From Synechococcales cyanobacterium VAR_4_metabat_354 (GTDB lineage: Bacteria > Cyanobacteriota > Cyanobacteriia > Cyanobacteriales > Chamaesiphonaceae), in contig JANOQI010000033.1 in the NCBI GenBank assembly GCA_031414775.1, positions 30,581 to 94,580 of the forward strand: a stretch of 64,000 nt of DNA, written 5' to 3'. The notes beneath the pieces are model-generated. The model searched no databases and was not told where the DNA came from. It saw nothing but the letters and a program-made list of their open reading frames with translations. Every line of letters starts with the position of its first letter. Position 1 is the first letter of the stretch. Made by a program: the position numbers and the translations under genes. Below, one piece after another: positions 1-11,871 of this stretch.

Positions 1-48
1 ACTTAGCGCTATAACTATTACCATAAAATTCGTCATCAATAAAAAAAC

Positions 49-1020
49 ATGGCAGTCAAACAATCAATGAAAACTCGCACAATTACACAAAAGACCACTG
101 CTACTGGCAAAAAAAGCGTAGCTACTAAGGCAACTGAAGCCGCCAAGACTCCTGCTGTGAAAGCCGCTAAAGCTCCTACTACTCGCAAAGCCAAAGCTCC
201 GGCAGCGAAAGCCGCTAAAGTTCCTACTACTCGCAAAGCTCAAGCTCCTGCTGCCAAAGCTGGCCGAATTGCTAAAACCCCTCGGGCTAAAGCTGTCAGC
301 AACAGTCCATCAGCACTGAATAGTAATCAAGGGCAAGATTTGCTGCAACAAGCTATTCAAACTCAAGCCTGGATGACCAATGAAATTACTCAGCTGCGTC
401 AGCAATTGGCTAAAGCCAATCAATTGCAACCATCGTCTCAGCAAAATTCGGAAATCGAACGACTCCAGCAAGAAAATGCTGAACTTCGGGAAAAAGCCGA
501 TCGTCTTGATCAAATGACTTCTTTACTGCAAGGCCAGCCTGCTACTGCCCGAGCGACCAAGGCTGTCAAGAAAACTGTTCAAAAGACTAGCCAGAAGGTC
601 TCTACTCCTACTCCCACTCCCCGAAAAGCAAAAGCACCGAAAGCAGTTCCAGTTGCCAAAGTCTCTGCTAAGTCTATCAGCCCCGCGCCAGCCGCACGTA
701 AAGCCAGAAGTGGTGGCGCTTCGATTCTCCAAGATGCCGCCGCTAAGGATGTGAATCGTACTTATAAGAGTTGTTGGCCAATTGTTTTCAAAATTGAAGA
801 ATGGAATCAAAAGCATCCCGGTCAATTGGCTAAAGTTAGTCAAACTATGCTCAATAAATCTGGGGTGAATTTCAGTAGAGCCAAGGGTTTCATGGACAAC
901 TATGGTGATTTGGTGGAATCCTACCATCAGCAAATTGGTTTGAGTAAGGCTAATAGCGGGAAATTCAATGAAGTTTATGAGTTTATCCGATCGGCATTGG
1001 GTAAAGGGAAGAAAGCTTAG
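49..1020 (+). CDS. Lys/Ala/Pro-rich histone H1-like protein with central coiled coil and small C-terminal helical domain
   Basis: 323 aa ORF; PAAKAAK/KAKAP low-complexity tracts; QQENAELREKADRLDQM coiled coil; globular C-terminus from SCWPIVFKIEEWN. Confidence 0.6.
   Translation: MAVKQSMKTRTITQKTTATGKKSVATKATEAAKTPAVKAAKAPTTRKAKAPAAKAAKVPTTRKAQAPAAKAGRIAKTPRAKAVSNSPSALNSNQGQDLLQQAIQTQAWMTNEITQLRQQLAKANQLQPSSQQNSEIERLQQENAELREKADRLDQMTSLLQGQPATARATKAVKKTVQKTSQKVSTPTPTPRKAKAPKAVPVAKVSAKSISPAPAARKARSGGASILQDAAAKDVNRTYKSCWPIVFKIEEWNQKHPGQLAKVSQTMLNKSGVNFSRAKGFMDNYGDLVESYHQQIGLSKANSGKFNEVYEFIRSALGKGKKA
160..255 (+). repeat. Two tandem 48-bp coding repeats (16 aa KAAKAPTTRKAKAPAA / KAAKVPTTRKAQAPAA)
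   Basis: aaagccgctaaag(c/t)tcctactactcgcaaagc.. starts at 160 and 208. Confidence 0.85.
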
Positions 1021-1067
1021 GACTTTTGTCGCCATTACCATCTTTCGGGTCTGGCTATGAATGATAA

Positions 1068-1095
1068 GATGTTCGCCAGCTAGCTGGCGAGCATC
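1068..1095. terminator. Hairpin between convergent genes, probable bidirectional terminator
   Basis: gatgttcgccagc-ta-gctggcgagcatc inverted repeat. Confidence 0.6.
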
Positions 1096-1119
1096 TCGAT
1101 TATTAGTTGTTTTATTTTG

Positions 1120-2502
1120 CTAGTTTGGGAAGTTTTCCCGAACAACGGCAACGAGCTGAGCAGTCCAGTAGTCTACTAGTTCTTGGTCAGCTGCTTCCAC
1201 CATGACCCGAATCAGTGGCTCCGTACCAGAAGCCCGCACTAAGATCCGGCCATGCTCACCCATTGCTAATTCGGCTTGGGCAATCGCCGTTTGTAGAGGA
1301 GCACAGTTTTTCCAATTAACCCGTTGTTCGCGGTTCTCAACTCGGACATTTTGTAAAATCTGGGGATAGGTACGGAAGCTATCATCTACTAGCTGTGCTA
1401 ACGATCGCCCAGACTGCTGGACAATTGCGGCTATATGCACTGACGTTAAAACGCCATCGCCACTAATACTATGTTGGGGCGACAAAATATGACCAGACTG
1501 TTCTCCACCCATGCGGGCACCACTGCGATCCATTTCGGCTTGGACATATTGATCACCCACATCAGTGCGGACTAGTTGACCACCCAGTTTTTGCCAAGCC
1601 CGCTCAAAGCCTAAATTGGACATTACTGTCGTGATGATTTGGTTCTGGGGCAACTGATTTTTGGATTTAAGATGTTGACCCCACAGATACATAATGTAAT
1701 CGCCATCAATCCGTCGCCCTTGATTATCGACGGCGAGCATCCGGTCAGCATCGCCATCGAAAGCAAAACCGATCTGAGCCTGATGCTTCACGACCTGAGC
1801 TTGCAGTGCTTCCATATGGGTAGAACCACAACCCACATTGATCCGATCGCCATCGGCTTCATTGTGGAGGGCAATGACTTCGGCACCCAGTGCCGTAAAA
1901 ATAGGCATCCCAGTTTGGACGGCAGCGCCATAGGCCAAGTCCAAGACAATCTTCATCCCAGTCAAACTAGCACCATCGCCTAATGAGTCCACTACGGCTT
2001 GGACATATTGCTGCACTAACTCTGGCATAAAATAGTGCTTGCCCCACTGTGCCGGTAGCTCGGGGCGAAGCTGTTGACCACGCAAGCCAGCTTCAATTCG
2101 AGCTTGCAAGTCTTTCGATAACTTTTTGCCGTTATTGCTAAAGAATTTGATGCCGTTATCGGCGGGGGGATTGTGGCTAGCTGAAATCATGATGCCTCCG
2201 ATTGCATCACTAGTAGCCGTTAGATGGGCAACGCCAGGAGTCGGACAGAGTCCTAAATTCCACACTTCTACTCCCGCTGCTGTGATCCCAGCAGCCAAGG
2301 CACTAGCCAACATATCGCTAGAATTTCGGGAATCTTGACCAAGAATAATCGGAGCTGGATCGTCCTGTTGATCGGTTAAAATCACGGCGGCCCAGTAGCC
2401 AATCTGGAGGGCTAAATCAGCAGTCAATAGTTCGCCGACTTTGCTGCGAATGCCGTCAGTGCCAAAGAGAGGAGTAGTAGGCAGGTTACTAGGGTAGGTC
2501 AT
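1120..2502 (-). CDS. glmM: Phosphoglucosamine mutase
   Basis: [13 protein letters not shown] phosphoserine loop, DGDADR, GGEQSGH, RASGTEP. Confidence 0.95.
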   Translation of the reverse strand: MTYPSNLPTTPLFGTDGIRSKVGELLTADLALQIGYWAAVILTDQQDDPAPIILGQDSRNSSDMLASALAAGITAAGVEVWNLGLCPTPGVAHLTATSDAIGGIMISASHNPPADNGIKFFSNNGKKLSKDLQARIEAGLRGQQLRPELPAQWGKHYFMPELVQQYVQAVVDSLGDGASLTGMKIVLDLAYGAAVQTGMPIFTALGAEVIALHNEADGDRINVGCGSTHMEALQAQVVKHQAQIGFAFDGDADRMLAVDNQGRRIDGDYIMYLWGQHLKSKNQLPQNQIITTVMSNLGFERAWQKLGGQLVRTDVGDQYVQAEMDRSGARMGGEQSGHILSPQHSISGDGVLTSVHIAAIVQQSGRSLAQLVDDSFRTYPQILQNVRVENREQRVNWKNCAPLQTAIAQAELAMGEHGRILVRASGTEPLIRVMVEAADQELVDYWTAQLVAVVRENFPN

Positions 2503-2688
2503 GGTGTTGCAATGAATTCGATCAGGAGAATAACATATCCAACTGACACATTATCTAATGCGATAGCTCATAACTGGAGTTTAGACTAAGCGAGTCCACA
2601 GAAAAACACTTCAGACAGAATCTAATTCAGCTGAATGGAAACATTGAGTAATAGAAAGTACTAATAGGTTCAAGCCTTTCGACTAGAA

Positions 2689-3140
2689 TTAGGTTGAGGG
2701 GAATCCCCGCAGCTCCATAAAATATAATCCTGTCCACATTCTTACTCGGACTTGAACACAAATCAGATCTGATAATTCTAGCGAGAACTCTGGTTCAGCC
2801 CAAGTCAGGGGGTCTGCAATCTTAAACTTTTTACCATGTTTGGGCGGACGAACCCGACCACTATAAATAGGTGGAACACCATACAGGCAAGTATTTGTAC
2901 AAATTCGCATTATACATTCTGCTGGAAGCTTTGCTATAGCTAATACCCATTTGGCATTTCCATATTCTCGGTCAAGAAGTACTAGCACCTTTTCTTGACA
3001 ATGCTTGAGGACTTATTTTAGTTGCCAACTTTACCAATCGGAGACTCCCTGCTGGTAATTCTTTTATGTCTTAGTGGCAATGCCCAACAGCTCTCTCCAT
3101 CTGGTAACCAAGCGATAGTACTATACCCGTGGCCCATCAC
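2689..3140 (-). pseudogene. Degraded DDE transposase fragment (IS4/IS701-like)
   Basis: Frame-broken pieces GHGYSTIAWLPDGESCWALPLRHKRIT and LLDREYGN...YSGRVRPPKHGKKF...QVRVRMW resembling cyanobacterial IS transposases; no intact ends seen. Confidence 0.65.
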
Positions 3141-3173
3141 TATAATTATCTATCTACACATGAACACTATTGG

Positions 3174-5084
3174 CTAAATAACTGCTTTTTGCTGACGCTG
3201 TTGGAGTTCTAGCCAAACTAACAAAGCATTAATATCAGATGGATTCACCCCACCAATCCGACCAGCTTGACCGATCGTTAGGGGCTTAAAGCTATTCAAT
3301 TTTTCCCGGGCTTCTTTGGAGAGCGTGGGAATCAGACTGTAATCGACATCTGGACTTAGTTTGCGGTTTACCTGCTTACTAATTTGATCAATTTGGTTTT
3401 GCTGGCGTTGCAAATAGCCCGCATATTTAATATCAATTTCCACTGCTTCTTTTTCTACCAAAGTCAGCTGAGCGTCACCAGCTAGGCCAAATTTAGCTAG
3501 GTCACTATAGTGAAAATCTGGGCGACGCAACAGGTCAACCAACGTAATGGAACCACCCTTAATTACTTGCTTGGCAATCTCCATAATGGCTTTACCCGCA
3601 GGCTCGTGAGCCTTTACCCGCGTGCTGTGCAGCCGTTCTTTTTCGGCAATGATTTGGTTTTGCTTATTGGTATAAATTTGCCAACGGCGATCGTCAATTA
3701 AACCCATCTCCCGGCCAGTGGGTGTTAAGCGTTGGTCAGCATTGTCCGATCGCAATACCAACCGATACTCCGATCGACTAGTTAGCATTCGGTAAGGTTC
3801 ACGCAGATCCTTGGTGCAGAGATCATCAATTAGTGTACCCAGATAACTTCCTTCACGGGGCAAAATCATAGGGGCTTGACCATGCACGAGCCGAGCAGCA
3901 TTGATACCAGCGACAATCCCTTGGCCAGCAGCTTCTTCATAACCTGTCGTGCCATTGATCTGGCCAGCGCAAAACAAACCCGGAATTTTTTTGGTCATCA
4001 TGGTGGGATAACACTGAGTAGCGGGTAGATAGTCGTAATCTACGGCGTAGGCGGGTCGGAGCATTACACATTTTTCCAAACCCGGCAGGGTGCGCAGCAT
4101 TTGCACTTGCAGGTTTTCCGGCAGGCCAGTAGAAAAACCCTGGATATAGAGTTCCGGAATATCCCGGCCTTCTGGTTCGATAAAGATTTGATGACTTTCC
4201 TTGTCGGCAAAGCGCACGATTTTGTCTTCGATGCTTGGACAGTAGCGCGGTCCTTTAGAATCTACCCAACCACCGTAAACTGGCGATAGATGCAGGTTGT
4301 CGCGAATAATTTGATGAGTGGCGACGGTGGTACGGGTTAAATAACAGGGCATTTGCTCCCGCTCTTGCCAACAATTTGGATCAAAGCTAAACCAGCGCAC
4401 TTCGTCGTCACCGGGTTGCGGTTCCATCTGGCTGTAGTCTACCGATCGTTTATCGACCCGTGCCGGAGTACCAGTTTTTAGGCGACCAGTTTCAAAACCC
4501 AGTCTTTGCAGGGTTTCGGTCAAGCCCGTAGCCGCGAATTCCCCGGCCCGGCCAGCGGCCATCGACTTATTGCCAACCCAGATGGTGCCGCCTAAAAAGG
4601 TGCCCGTGGTCAAGATCACCGCTTTACAGCCAAAGGCTACCCCAAAGTAGGTTTCGACTCCGATTACTTCGCCACTTTTGCCCAAGACCAAATCGGTCAC
4701 CATACTTTCGCGAATGGAGAGGTTGGGCTGATTTTCGACAATATTTTTCATGACAGCAGCGTATTCTCGCTTGTCTGTTTGGGCGCGGAGTGCCCAGACG
4801 GCTGGCCCCCGTGAAGCATTCAGGACTCTTTTTTGCAGATAAGTACGATCGGTAACTTTGCCGATTTCGCCGCCTAATGCATCAATTTCGTGGGTCAGCT
4901 GGGATTTTGCCGGACCACCGACGGCGGGGTTACAGGGCTGCCAAGCAATTTTGTCTAGGTTGAGGGTGAGTAGTATCGTTTTACAGCCCAGCCGTGCCGC
5001 TGCCAGAGCCGCTTCACAGCCCGCATGGCCAGCTCCGACCACTACTACTTCAAATTCATCTTGAAACTCTACGGGGTTTGGCAT
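3174..5084 (-). CDS. mnmG: tRNA uridine-5-carboxymethylaminomethyl(34) synthesis enzyme
   Basis: [44 protein letters not shown]; likely ATG at 5084 (ORF extends to 5147). Confidence 0.96.
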   Translation of the reverse strand: MPNPVEFQDEFEVVVVGAGHAGCEAALAAARLGCKTILLTLNLDKIAWQPCNPAVGGPAKSQLTHEIDALGGEIGKVTDRTYLQKRVLNASRGPAVWALRAQTDKREYAAVMKNIVENQPNLSIRESMVTDLVLGKSGEVIGVETYFGVAFGCKAVILTTGTFLGGTIWVGNKSMAAGRAGEFAATGLTETLQRLGFETGRLKTGTPARVDKRSVDYSQMEPQPGDDEVRWFSFDPNCWQEREQMPCYLTRTTVATHQIIRDNLHLSPVYGGWVDSKGPRYCPSIEDKIVRFADKESHQIFIEPEGRDIPELYIQGFSTGLPENLQVQMLRTLPGLEKCVMLRPAYAVDYDYLPATQCYPTMMTKKIPGLFCAGQINGTTGYEEAAGQGIVAGINAARLVHGQAPMILPREGSYLGTLIDDLCTKDLREPYRMLTSRSEYRLVLRSDNADQRLTPTGREMGLIDDRRWQIYTNKQNQIIAEKERLHSTRVKAHEPAGKAIMEIAKQVIKGGSITLVDLLRRPDFHYSDLAKFGLAGDAQLTLVEKEAVEIDIKYAGYLQRQQNQIDQISKQVNRKLSPDVDYSLIPTLSKEAREKLNSFKPLTIGQAGRIGGVNPSDINALLVWLELQQRQQKAVI

Positions 5085-5188
5085 GACGGGAAAATTAAAA
5101 ACTGGTCGCTCTTCTCTATGATAGTGCTGGTTTGAAGAATGCTCCATCGCTTCGTATAATGAAGCGACTCAATAATTAGCCATCTGCC

Positions 5189-6277
5189 ATGAGCGAACTT
5201 CAGCGCACTCCACTCTACCAACAGTCGATCGATCTCCATGCCCGGATGACTGGTTTCGCTGGCTGGGAAATGCCCGTACAGTTCAGTGGTCTGACTGCCG
5301 AGCACCAAGCTGTCCGGAACGCGGCTGGGATGTTTGATATTTCTCACATGGGTAAATTTGTCTTTCAAGGTGTTACGGCGCTGGCTCAACTTCAGCCGCT
5401 GGTGCCCTCCGACTTGAGCCGCTTAACAGTGGGACAGGCTCAATACACCGTATTGTTAAATCCCCAAGGTGGGGTAATCGATGACATTATTGTTTACCTA
5501 GAAGCCGATGGACAAGTAGTCTTAATTGTGAATGCGTCTACTAGAGAGCAAGATTGGCAGTGGCTGACCAGTCATTTGGATCAAAACCAAGTACAGTGCC
5601 AAGATTTGTCAGCGGACTTGGCTTTAATCGCTGTTCAAGGTCCGGAATCGATCTCTAAATTACAGCCCTTGCTCAATCAAAGCATTACCAACCTTCCCAA
5701 CTTTGGTCACTGTCGGGCAGAGGTGTTGGGTCATCCGGCTTTTATCGCTCGCACTGGTTACACTGGCGAAGATGGTGTCGAAATCATGTTGGAACCAGCG
5801 GCGGCGATTGAACTGTGGCAAAAGCTACTGTCTTTAGGCGTATTACCTTGCGGCCTGGGTGCTAGAGACACCCTAAGATTAGAAGCAGCCATGTGCTTAT
5901 ATGGTCAAGAACTTAGCCCTAGTATTACTCCCCTAGAAGCTGGTTTAGGCTGGTTAGTTCATTTAAACAAAGGCGAATTCATCGGTAGTGATGTGCTCAA
6001 CCAACAAAAAGCCGCTGGGTTAGAGCTGCGGTTAGTGGGTTTAGAGTTAACTGGGCGCAATATTGCCCGCCACGACTATTCGATCGCTTATCAAGGTCAA
6101 GCCGTGGGATTAATCACCAGTGGCACCCTGTCGCCAACTCTAAACAAGCCGATTGCCTTAGGCTATGTCCCCAATCACCTCAGTAAGTTAGGCCAGAAAC
6201 TGGAAGTTGAGATTAGAGGCAAGTATTACCCGGCTACGGTCGTGAAAAAGCCCTTCTATAAAGCTAGCTATCGTTAG
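5189..6277 (+). CDS. gcvT: Glycine cleavage system aminomethyltransferase T
   Basis: FAGWEMPVQF, FDISHMG, RTGYTGEDG, GLGARDTLRLEA. Confidence 0.96.
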   Translation: MSELQRTPLYQQSIDLHARMTGFAGWEMPVQFSGLTAEHQAVRNAAGMFDISHMGKFVFQGVTALAQLQPLVPSDLSRLTVGQAQYTVLLNPQGGVIDDIIVYLEADGQVVLIVNASTREQDWQWLTSHLDQNQVQCQDLSADLALIAVQGPESISKLQPLLNQSITNLPNFGHCRAEVLGHPAFIARTGYTGEDGVEIMLEPAAAIELWQKLLSLGVLPCGLGARDTLRLEAAMCLYGQELSPSITPLEAGLGWLVHLNKGEFIGSDVLNQQKAAGLELRLVGLELTGRNIARHDYSIAYQGQAVGLITSGTLSPTLNKPIALGYVPNHLSKLGQKLEVEIRGKYYPATVVKKPFYKASYR

Positions 6278-6290
6278 TTTTAAATACTCC

Positions 6291-8243
6291 CTATTGCACA
6301 ATCTCATCGGTTTGCTGTTTTTTGCCATTGAAGTTCGGGCGCTTGAACTTGCTGGCCGGTTGGAAGTTTTCGACAGGGGTGTTTTCTAGGGCAGCATTCA
6401 TAAACCGCCGCCAGATTGGTGCGGCATAGGTACCACCAGTAACCCCTTTGCCTAGCGGCGTATTGTTATCTTTACCAATCCAAACCGCTGCGGCTAGCTG
6501 AGGAACATACCCGACAAACCACACATCCCTTTCTGAAGAAGTTGTACCCGTTTTACCAGCCGCTGGGCGACCGATCGCCGCGTTTTTACCAGTACCACCG
6601 CTACCATAAATAACTGACTCTAGGGCATTAGTAATTTGCGCCGAAGCCCAAGGATCTAAGACCAGCTTGCGGTTTTCCTTGTCTGGTGAATTATCTAGTA
6701 GCACACTTCCTTCACTGTCCGTAACCCTCACCACACTGGTGGTGGGAGACTGCCAACCATTACTGGCAAAGGTGGCAAAAGCACCAGCCATTTCCATTGG
6801 AGAAACTCCGATCGCTCCTAATGGTAGCGAAACGACTGGATCCATCGGACTCTTAATACCTAGTGTGCGGCAGGTGTCAATTACTTTATCCAGACCCACT
6901 GTCTTACCCATCTTTACAGCCGGGACGTTGGCCGAAAATTTCAGGGCAGTGCGGATACTAATGGGACCAGAATAACTTCTACCATAGTTTACTGGTGAAT
7001 AATAACCAGCCCCATCTTTGTAGCGAACGGGAGTATCATAAACGGTCGATTCTGGGGTGTAGCGACCGGTGGCAAACGCGGTGTAATAGACCAATGGCTT
7101 AAAGGAAGAACCCGGTTGCCGCTTGGCTTCCATCGCTCGGTTAAAATTACTTTTGTTGTAGTCAATGCCCCCAACGATCGCTTTGATGTAATGGGTACGG
7201 GGATCGATCGCGGCTAAGCCAATTTGGTAATCTTTGCCATAGTTGCGCGAGGCATTAGCTACAATTTCTTCGGCTGCCTGCTGAAACTTGTAATCTACGG
7301 TAGTTTGGATTCGCATGCCGCCCTTACGGACAGTTTCACGACCAAACTTCTGATTCAATTCTTCGATTACCGTATCGGTGACATAAGGTAGCCGACTGCG
7401 CTGCCAAGTTTTAATTTTGCCGATTTTAATTTTGTAGTCTTTGGCAGCTTGTGTTTCAGCCGGGGTAATCCAGCCTAAGGTACGCATCCGGTTTAAAACC
7501 TCGGTTTGCCGCTCCTTCGCTTTCTCCATACTTTTAAAAGGACTCCAACGCTCCGGTGACTGAATTAGCCCCGCCATCATGGCGCCTTCAGCCAGATTTA
7601 AATCTGCTGCTTTTTTACCAAAATAGCTTTGAGCTGCTGTTTCTACACCGTAATTATTGTGTCCCCAATAGACCTGATTCAAATACATTTCCAAAATCTG
7701 GTCTTTGCGAAAGATTTGCTCCAAGCGAATGGAGAGAACCGATTCAGCTAGCTTACGAGTGAATTCTTTTTTCTGGGATAGAAATAAATTCTTGATTAGC
7801 TGCATGGTGATCGTAGAACCACCTTCTGCTTCTCGACCCTTGCTAAGGTTGGCTACCAAAGCCCGACCAACACCGCTGGGGTTGATGCCGTTGTGATAGT
7901 AGAAATTACTATCTTCGATCGCTAGCAATGCTCGCTTCAAGTGGGGCGAAATCTGATTGAGGGTAACAACTTCTCGATTGGCCTCACCGTGGAGACTAGC
8001 CAAGGGGACACCCTTCACGTCGGTGATGTAGGTGGTCTCGGTGGGAGCATAACTGCGCAGAATTCTGACATCTGGCAGGTTGCGAAAACTGAGTGCCAAT
8101 CCAACTAAGCTACCAGCTAGCACCGCACTAGCTAACATCGTCACGCCCAGTATGGTGCCACCAGCGTTCTTTAAAACACCAGTAGCAAAGTTACTAGCGG
8201 GGTGTTTGATGGATTGTTGTTCGTTAATGGCTCTAGAAGACAC
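6291..8243 (-). CDS. Class A penicillin-binding protein (PBP1A family, transglycosylase/transpeptidase)
   Basis: EDSNFYYHNG, GGSTITMQL, RKLAE transglycosylase motifs; SSFK, SAN, KTGT transpeptidase motifs; N-terminal TM. Confidence 0.92.
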   Translation of the reverse strand: MSSRAINEQQSIKHPASNFATGVLKNAGGTILGVTMLASAVLAGSLVGLALSFRNLPDVRILRSYAPTETTYITDVKGVPLASLHGEANREVVTLNQISPHLKRALLAIEDSNFYYHNGINPSGVGRALVANLSKGREAEGGSTITMQLIKNLFLSQKKEFTRKLAESVLSIRLEQIFRKDQILEMYLNQVYWGHNNYGVETAAQSYFGKKAADLNLAEGAMMAGLIQSPERWSPFKSMEKAKERQTEVLNRMRTLGWITPAETQAAKDYKIKIGKIKTWQRSRLPYVTDTVIEELNQKFGRETVRKGGMRIQTTVDYKFQQAAEEIVANASRNYGKDYQIGLAAIDPRTHYIKAIVGGIDYNKSNFNRAMEAKRQPGSSFKPLVYYTAFATGRYTPESTVYDTPVRYKDGAGYYSPVNYGRSYSGPISIRTALKFSANVPAVKMGKTVGLDKVIDTCRTLGIKSPMDPVVSLPLGAIGVSPMEMAGAFATFASNGWQSPTTSVVRVTDSEGSVLLDNSPDKENRKLVLDPWASAQITNALESVIYGSGGTGKNAAIGRPAAGKTGTTSSERDVWFVGYVPQLAAAVWIGKDNNTPLGKGVTGGTYAAPIWRRFMNAALENTPVENFQPASKFKRPNFNGKKQQTDEIVQ

Positions 8244-8449
8244 TCTGTTTTTTCTCTAAAGATATAAATAAGTTGGAGATATAAACCACGATCACCGATG
8301 GTGATCGATCTCAGTTGAGAAGTTTAGTCATAATTGATTGGCTAAATCCTCGATATTGTTTATTATACTTGTCCTGCGGAGTTTGATTGCTTCCGAGTTG
8401 GCTGAAGTTTGATATTTAAGTATTTGTGGCTATTTGTATGATTTTAAGT

Positions 8450-9655
8450 ATGTCTGATGCTCGCCAGCCGGAATGGTTATGGCGGGGGACTAATGAGATT
8501 TTCCCCGATCAGGGCAACACCCCTCAAGATAATTTAAGTGTCAAGATAGGTCAGCTTAACAGACCATTGCGGGTTAAGTTGGGGATCGACCCCACCGGCA
8601 CGGATCTGCACCTTGGTCATAGTATTCCCATGCGTAAGCTCCGATCTTTTCAGGATGCTGGACATACTGCAGTACTGATCATTGGTGATTTTACCGCCCG
8701 CATTGGTGACCCCACTGGTAAGTCGGAAGTACGTAAACAATTGACCGATCAACAGGTGCAAGACAATGCGGCTACTTACTTAGAGCAACTGAAGCCAGTT
8801 CTAGATTTTGACACGCCGAGCCGCTTAGAGATTCATTACAACTCGGCTTGGTTGTCCCAGCTGGATCTGGGTAAAATTGTCGATTTGCTCTCGACGATGA
8901 CCGTGGGGCAAATGCTGGCCAAAGAAGGATTTGCCCTCCGCTACGACCAAGAGAGTCCGATTTTTCTCCATGAGTTTCTCTATCCTTTGATGCAAGGCTA
9001 CGACTCTTTTGCCATCCAAGCTGATGTGGAAATTGGCGGTACTGATCAAAAGTTTAATTTGGCAGTGGGGCGCGATTTACAACGGTATTTTGGCCAAGCT
9101 CCGCAATTTGGCCTATTGATGCCGATTTTGTTGGGGACGGATGGGGTGCAAAAGATGTCCAAGTCTTTGGATAATTATGTGGGCTTGCGGGAGGATGCCC
9201 TGAGTATGTATGCCAAGCTGGAAAAAACACCGGACAGTATTATTAAAGATTACTTTGAGTTGCTGACGGCGGTGCCTTTAGATCAAATTCCGGCTAATCC
9301 ACGTGAGGCTCAAAAGTTGTTAGCCATGACAGTGGTGACTGGGTTTCATGGCCAAGCGGCTGCTGAAAATGCCCAACGAGATTCGATCGCCTTGGTGGGT
9401 GGTCAACCGACAGCGGGAGAAAGTATTCCCGAATTCGCCCTAGATACATTGAGTTTTCCGGTGCGGATGTTTCAGGTTTTAGCAGCGGCTGGTCTTTGTT
9501 CCGGTAGTAATGATGCTAAACGCCAAATGCAGGGCGGAGCGGTGAAATTAGATAGTAAGCCGCTTCAGGATATTGAGTTAGTGATAGAGGCTGTTGACGA
9601 GTTGCGTGGAAAAGTATTGCAAGTGGGCAAGAAGCGCTTCCGGCGGTTGGTTTAA
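8450..9655 (+). CDS. tyrS: Tyrosine--tRNA ligase
   Basis: [35 protein letters not shown]-terminal S4 domain. Confidence 0.96.
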   Translation: MSDARQPEWLWRGTNEIFPDQGNTPQDNLSVKIGQLNRPLRVKLGIDPTGTDLHLGHSIPMRKLRSFQDAGHTAVLIIGDFTARIGDPTGKSEVRKQLTDQQVQDNAATYLEQLKPVLDFDTPSRLEIHYNSAWLSQLDLGKIVDLLSTMTVGQMLAKEGFALRYDQESPIFLHEFLYPLMQGYDSFAIQADVEIGGTDQKFNLAVGRDLQRYFGQAPQFGLLMPILLGTDGVQKMSKSLDNYVGLREDALSMYAKLEKTPDSIIKDYFELLTAVPLDQIPANPREAQKLLAMTVVTGFHGQAAAENAQRDSIALVGGQPTAGESIPEFALDTLSFPVRMFQVLAAAGLCSGSNDAKRQMQGGAVKLDSKPLQDIELVIEAVDELRGKVLQVGKKRFRRLV

Positions 9656-11010
9656 GTGTTGGTTTCGTTATTATCTGTGGCATCCGCTGTTTGAGCAAAA
9701 GCCACTCGCAGAAATGGCGGTGCCAAGAAGGTCGTGACGATCACCATGATGATCATGGCTGCTGCTAGTGGTTTATCAATGATGCCACTAGCCGAGCCAA
9801 TTCCAGCAAATACCAAACCAACTTCACCACGCGGAATCATGCCTACTCCGATCGCCAACCTATTAATATCGGGTTGGCCGAATACGACCCAACCGGTGAT
9901 TAGTTTACCGACTATGGCGATCGAAATCAGAAACACCGCAATAATCAAACTCTGCCGATTACTGGCAACCATCGGATTTAATACGCTTAAATCGGCACGG
10001 GCACCGACAGTGACAAAAAAGATCGGGACAAATAAATCGGCGACAGGTTTAATCAGGGCATCTAACTCATTGCGAATATCAGTTTCATCGAGCACTAGCC
10101 CGGCGGCAAAGGCACCCAAGATGGCCTCTAAGTGAATGGCATTACCCAAAAAGGCCATAAAAAAAGCAAAAGTGAAGGCCGGGACGATGATATTACCGCG
10201 AGTTTTTAGGTTCTCGACGATAGTGATGAAAGTTTTGTTGAACAAACCACCCAGGAAGATCGCACCAATCAAAAAGGCGGTGGCACTAAATATTAAGTAG
10301 ACGACGTTCGCAACGTCTATTTCGCCAGTTTTAGCCAAGCTAGCGACCACGGCCAGTACGATAATGCCTAACACATCGTCAATAATGGCCGCGCCGACAA
10401 TGATTTGGCCTTCTTTCGATTTGAGCTGGCCGATTTCCGACAAAACTTTAGAGGTGATGCCAATGCTGGTGGCGGTGAGGGCGGCTCCGGCAAAAATTGC
10501 TGGAATAGCTGATATATGAAATATCAACATCAATCCGGCGGTGCCAGCGGCAAAGGGCGCGACAACGCCGACACAGGCAACGACTATGGCCTGGAAGCCG
10601 ACTTCTTTCAGCTGGCGCAGATCGGATTCCAAGCCAATTTCAAAGAGCAAAATAATTACGCCTAACTCGGCTAATACCCCAATGATTTCGCTCTGGGAGG
10701 TAAATACGGCGGTGAGGGCAGCGGGGGTCATGGGGCTAATTTGTTGCAGAAACTGCATGATGACAGAATCGGCAGCGGTCAGGCCATTGCCTGGGAAGAT
10801 GATCAGGTGAAGGGCGGAGATGCCGACGAGTACGCCGGCGATCAGTTCGCCGAGAACGGGGGGCAGGTCAAAGTATTTGGTGGCTTCGGCTCCTAGTTTA
10901 CTGGCTAGGTAGATGACGACAAGGCTGAGGAGGACACTGTTTAGAATAATCGGGGCGTTGGCGGCACTGGTGGCTAAAAGTGGTGGGAAGAGCGAGGTGG
11001 TCAGATACAT
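9652..11010 (-). CDS. Na+/H+ antiporter (CPA2, NhaS3-like)
   Basis: Polytopic; [29 protein letters not shown]. Confidence 0.9.
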   Translation of the reverse strand: MYLTTSLFPPLLATSAANAPIILNSVLLSLVVIYLASKLGAEATKYFDLPPVLGELIAGVLVGISALHLIIFPGNGLTAADSVIMQFLQQISPMTPAALTAVFTSQSEIIGVLAELGVIILLFEIGLESDLRQLKEVGFQAIVVACVGVVAPFAAGTAGLMLIFHISAIPAIFAGAALTATSIGITSKVLSEIGQLKSKEGQIIVGAAIIDDVLGIIVLAVVASLAKTGEIDVANVVYLIFSATAFLIGAIFLGGLFNKTFITIVENLKTRGNIIVPAFTFAFFMAFLGNAIHLEAILGAFAAGLVLDETDIRNELDALIKPVADLFVPIFFVTVGARADLSVLNPMVASNRQSLIIAVFLISIAIVGKLITGWVVFGQPDINRLAIGVGMIPRGEVGLVFAGIGSASGIIDKPLAAAMIIMVIVTTFLAPPFLRVAFAQTADATDNNETNT

Positions 11011-11022
11011 AGGTGCAATAGG

Positions 11023-11538
11023 CTAAATTTTAATGCTTTGATACAGCTCTGCAACTGATTTCATTGGCAAGTATAGTTTCACCGGTTCCTGCTGAAATGC
11101 TTGAAAGCCATACTTGATATAAAAACTCAATGCTTTTTCATCCAAAGCTTCGGCGATCACTGCTAGGGATGCGATGTGTTGTGATGTGTCCAAGGATTTT
11201 TTGAGAGCATCCAGCAAGAGTAATTCGCCTAATCGTTTGCCTTGCTGGCTATCATCAACAGCCAAACGACCTAATAGGGTAGCTGGCAATGACGGATAAC
11301 GAGGCAACCGTTTGGCGAAGGATTCATCCAAAACTGCAGTGTCAACTGTGTAAAAAGAAAGCGTGTAGTAAGCCAATACATCGGTGTTAGGGTCGTCAGT
11401 CAAAACAAATACTGTGGCGACTTTTTTTTTTAGATCTTGGGAAGCTTTTTCGCGAATGTAATTATCTAAGCTAGTTTGACCGCAGCTGAAGTTATCCCGG
11501 AGGTGTTTACTATCGAAGGGGTCAATTTTGAGAGCCAT
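11023..11538 (-). CDS. GNAT acetyltransferase toxin (AtaT/TacT type)
   Basis: FSCGQTSLDNY, LLGRLAVDDSQQGKRLG, FYIKYGF; coupled to upstream DUF1778 gene. Confidence 0.88.
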   Translation of the reverse strand: MALKIDPFDSKHLRDNFSCGQTSLDNYIREKASQDLKKKVATVFVLTDDPNTDVLAYYTLSFYTVDTAVLDESFAKRLPRYPSLPATLLGRLAVDDSQQGKRLGELLLLDALKKSLDTSQHIASLAVIAEALDEKALSFYIKYGFQAFQQEPVKLYLPMKSVAELYQSIKI

Positions 11539-11825
11539 TAGACTGGTATTTCCTGGTGGTAGCGCATGGCGGCTGACGTTAGTGCTGCATTGGGTGGGGG
11601 CGGGTTGAGAACTGCATCCACAAAAGCTGTGCTATCTTCCATGCTCAGTTTGAGGGTTTGATGTTGTTCAATCACTTTGCAAGCTGCTGTTTGAACGCTG
11701 GCAATCACAAAATCGGTGAGGGTGCGTCCTTCTAAGTCGGCTGCTTTTTGGATGAGGGCTTTGGTTTCTGGGCTAATCCGAGCTTCTAGTCGTGCTGTTG
11801 TTTTGGTAAGAGTTTTAGCAGTCAT
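11538..11825 (-). CDS. DUF1778 RHH antitoxin
   Basis: ARLEARIS..KALIQKAADLEGRTLTDFV..LNPPPPNAAL; stop overlaps toxin start. Confidence 0.88.
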   Translation of the reverse strand: MTAKTLTKTTARLEARISPETKALIQKAADLEGRTLTDFVIASVQTAACKVIEQHQTLKLSMEDSTAFVDAVLNPPPPNAALTSAAMRYHQEIPV

Positions 11826-11871
11826 GGTTTTAAATTTAAGCTGTGAGGTGAAGTTTTCAGCTTGATCGTAT

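Noticed and set aside
36..1041. Antisense ORFs over the H1-like gene and the many other short shadow ORFs in the track
   Set aside because: They overlap well-supported genes on the opposite strand or frame and lack recognisable motifs
5085..5188. Possible glycine riboswitch before gcvT
   Set aside because: Divergent intergenic space is ~100 bp with no aptamer motifs
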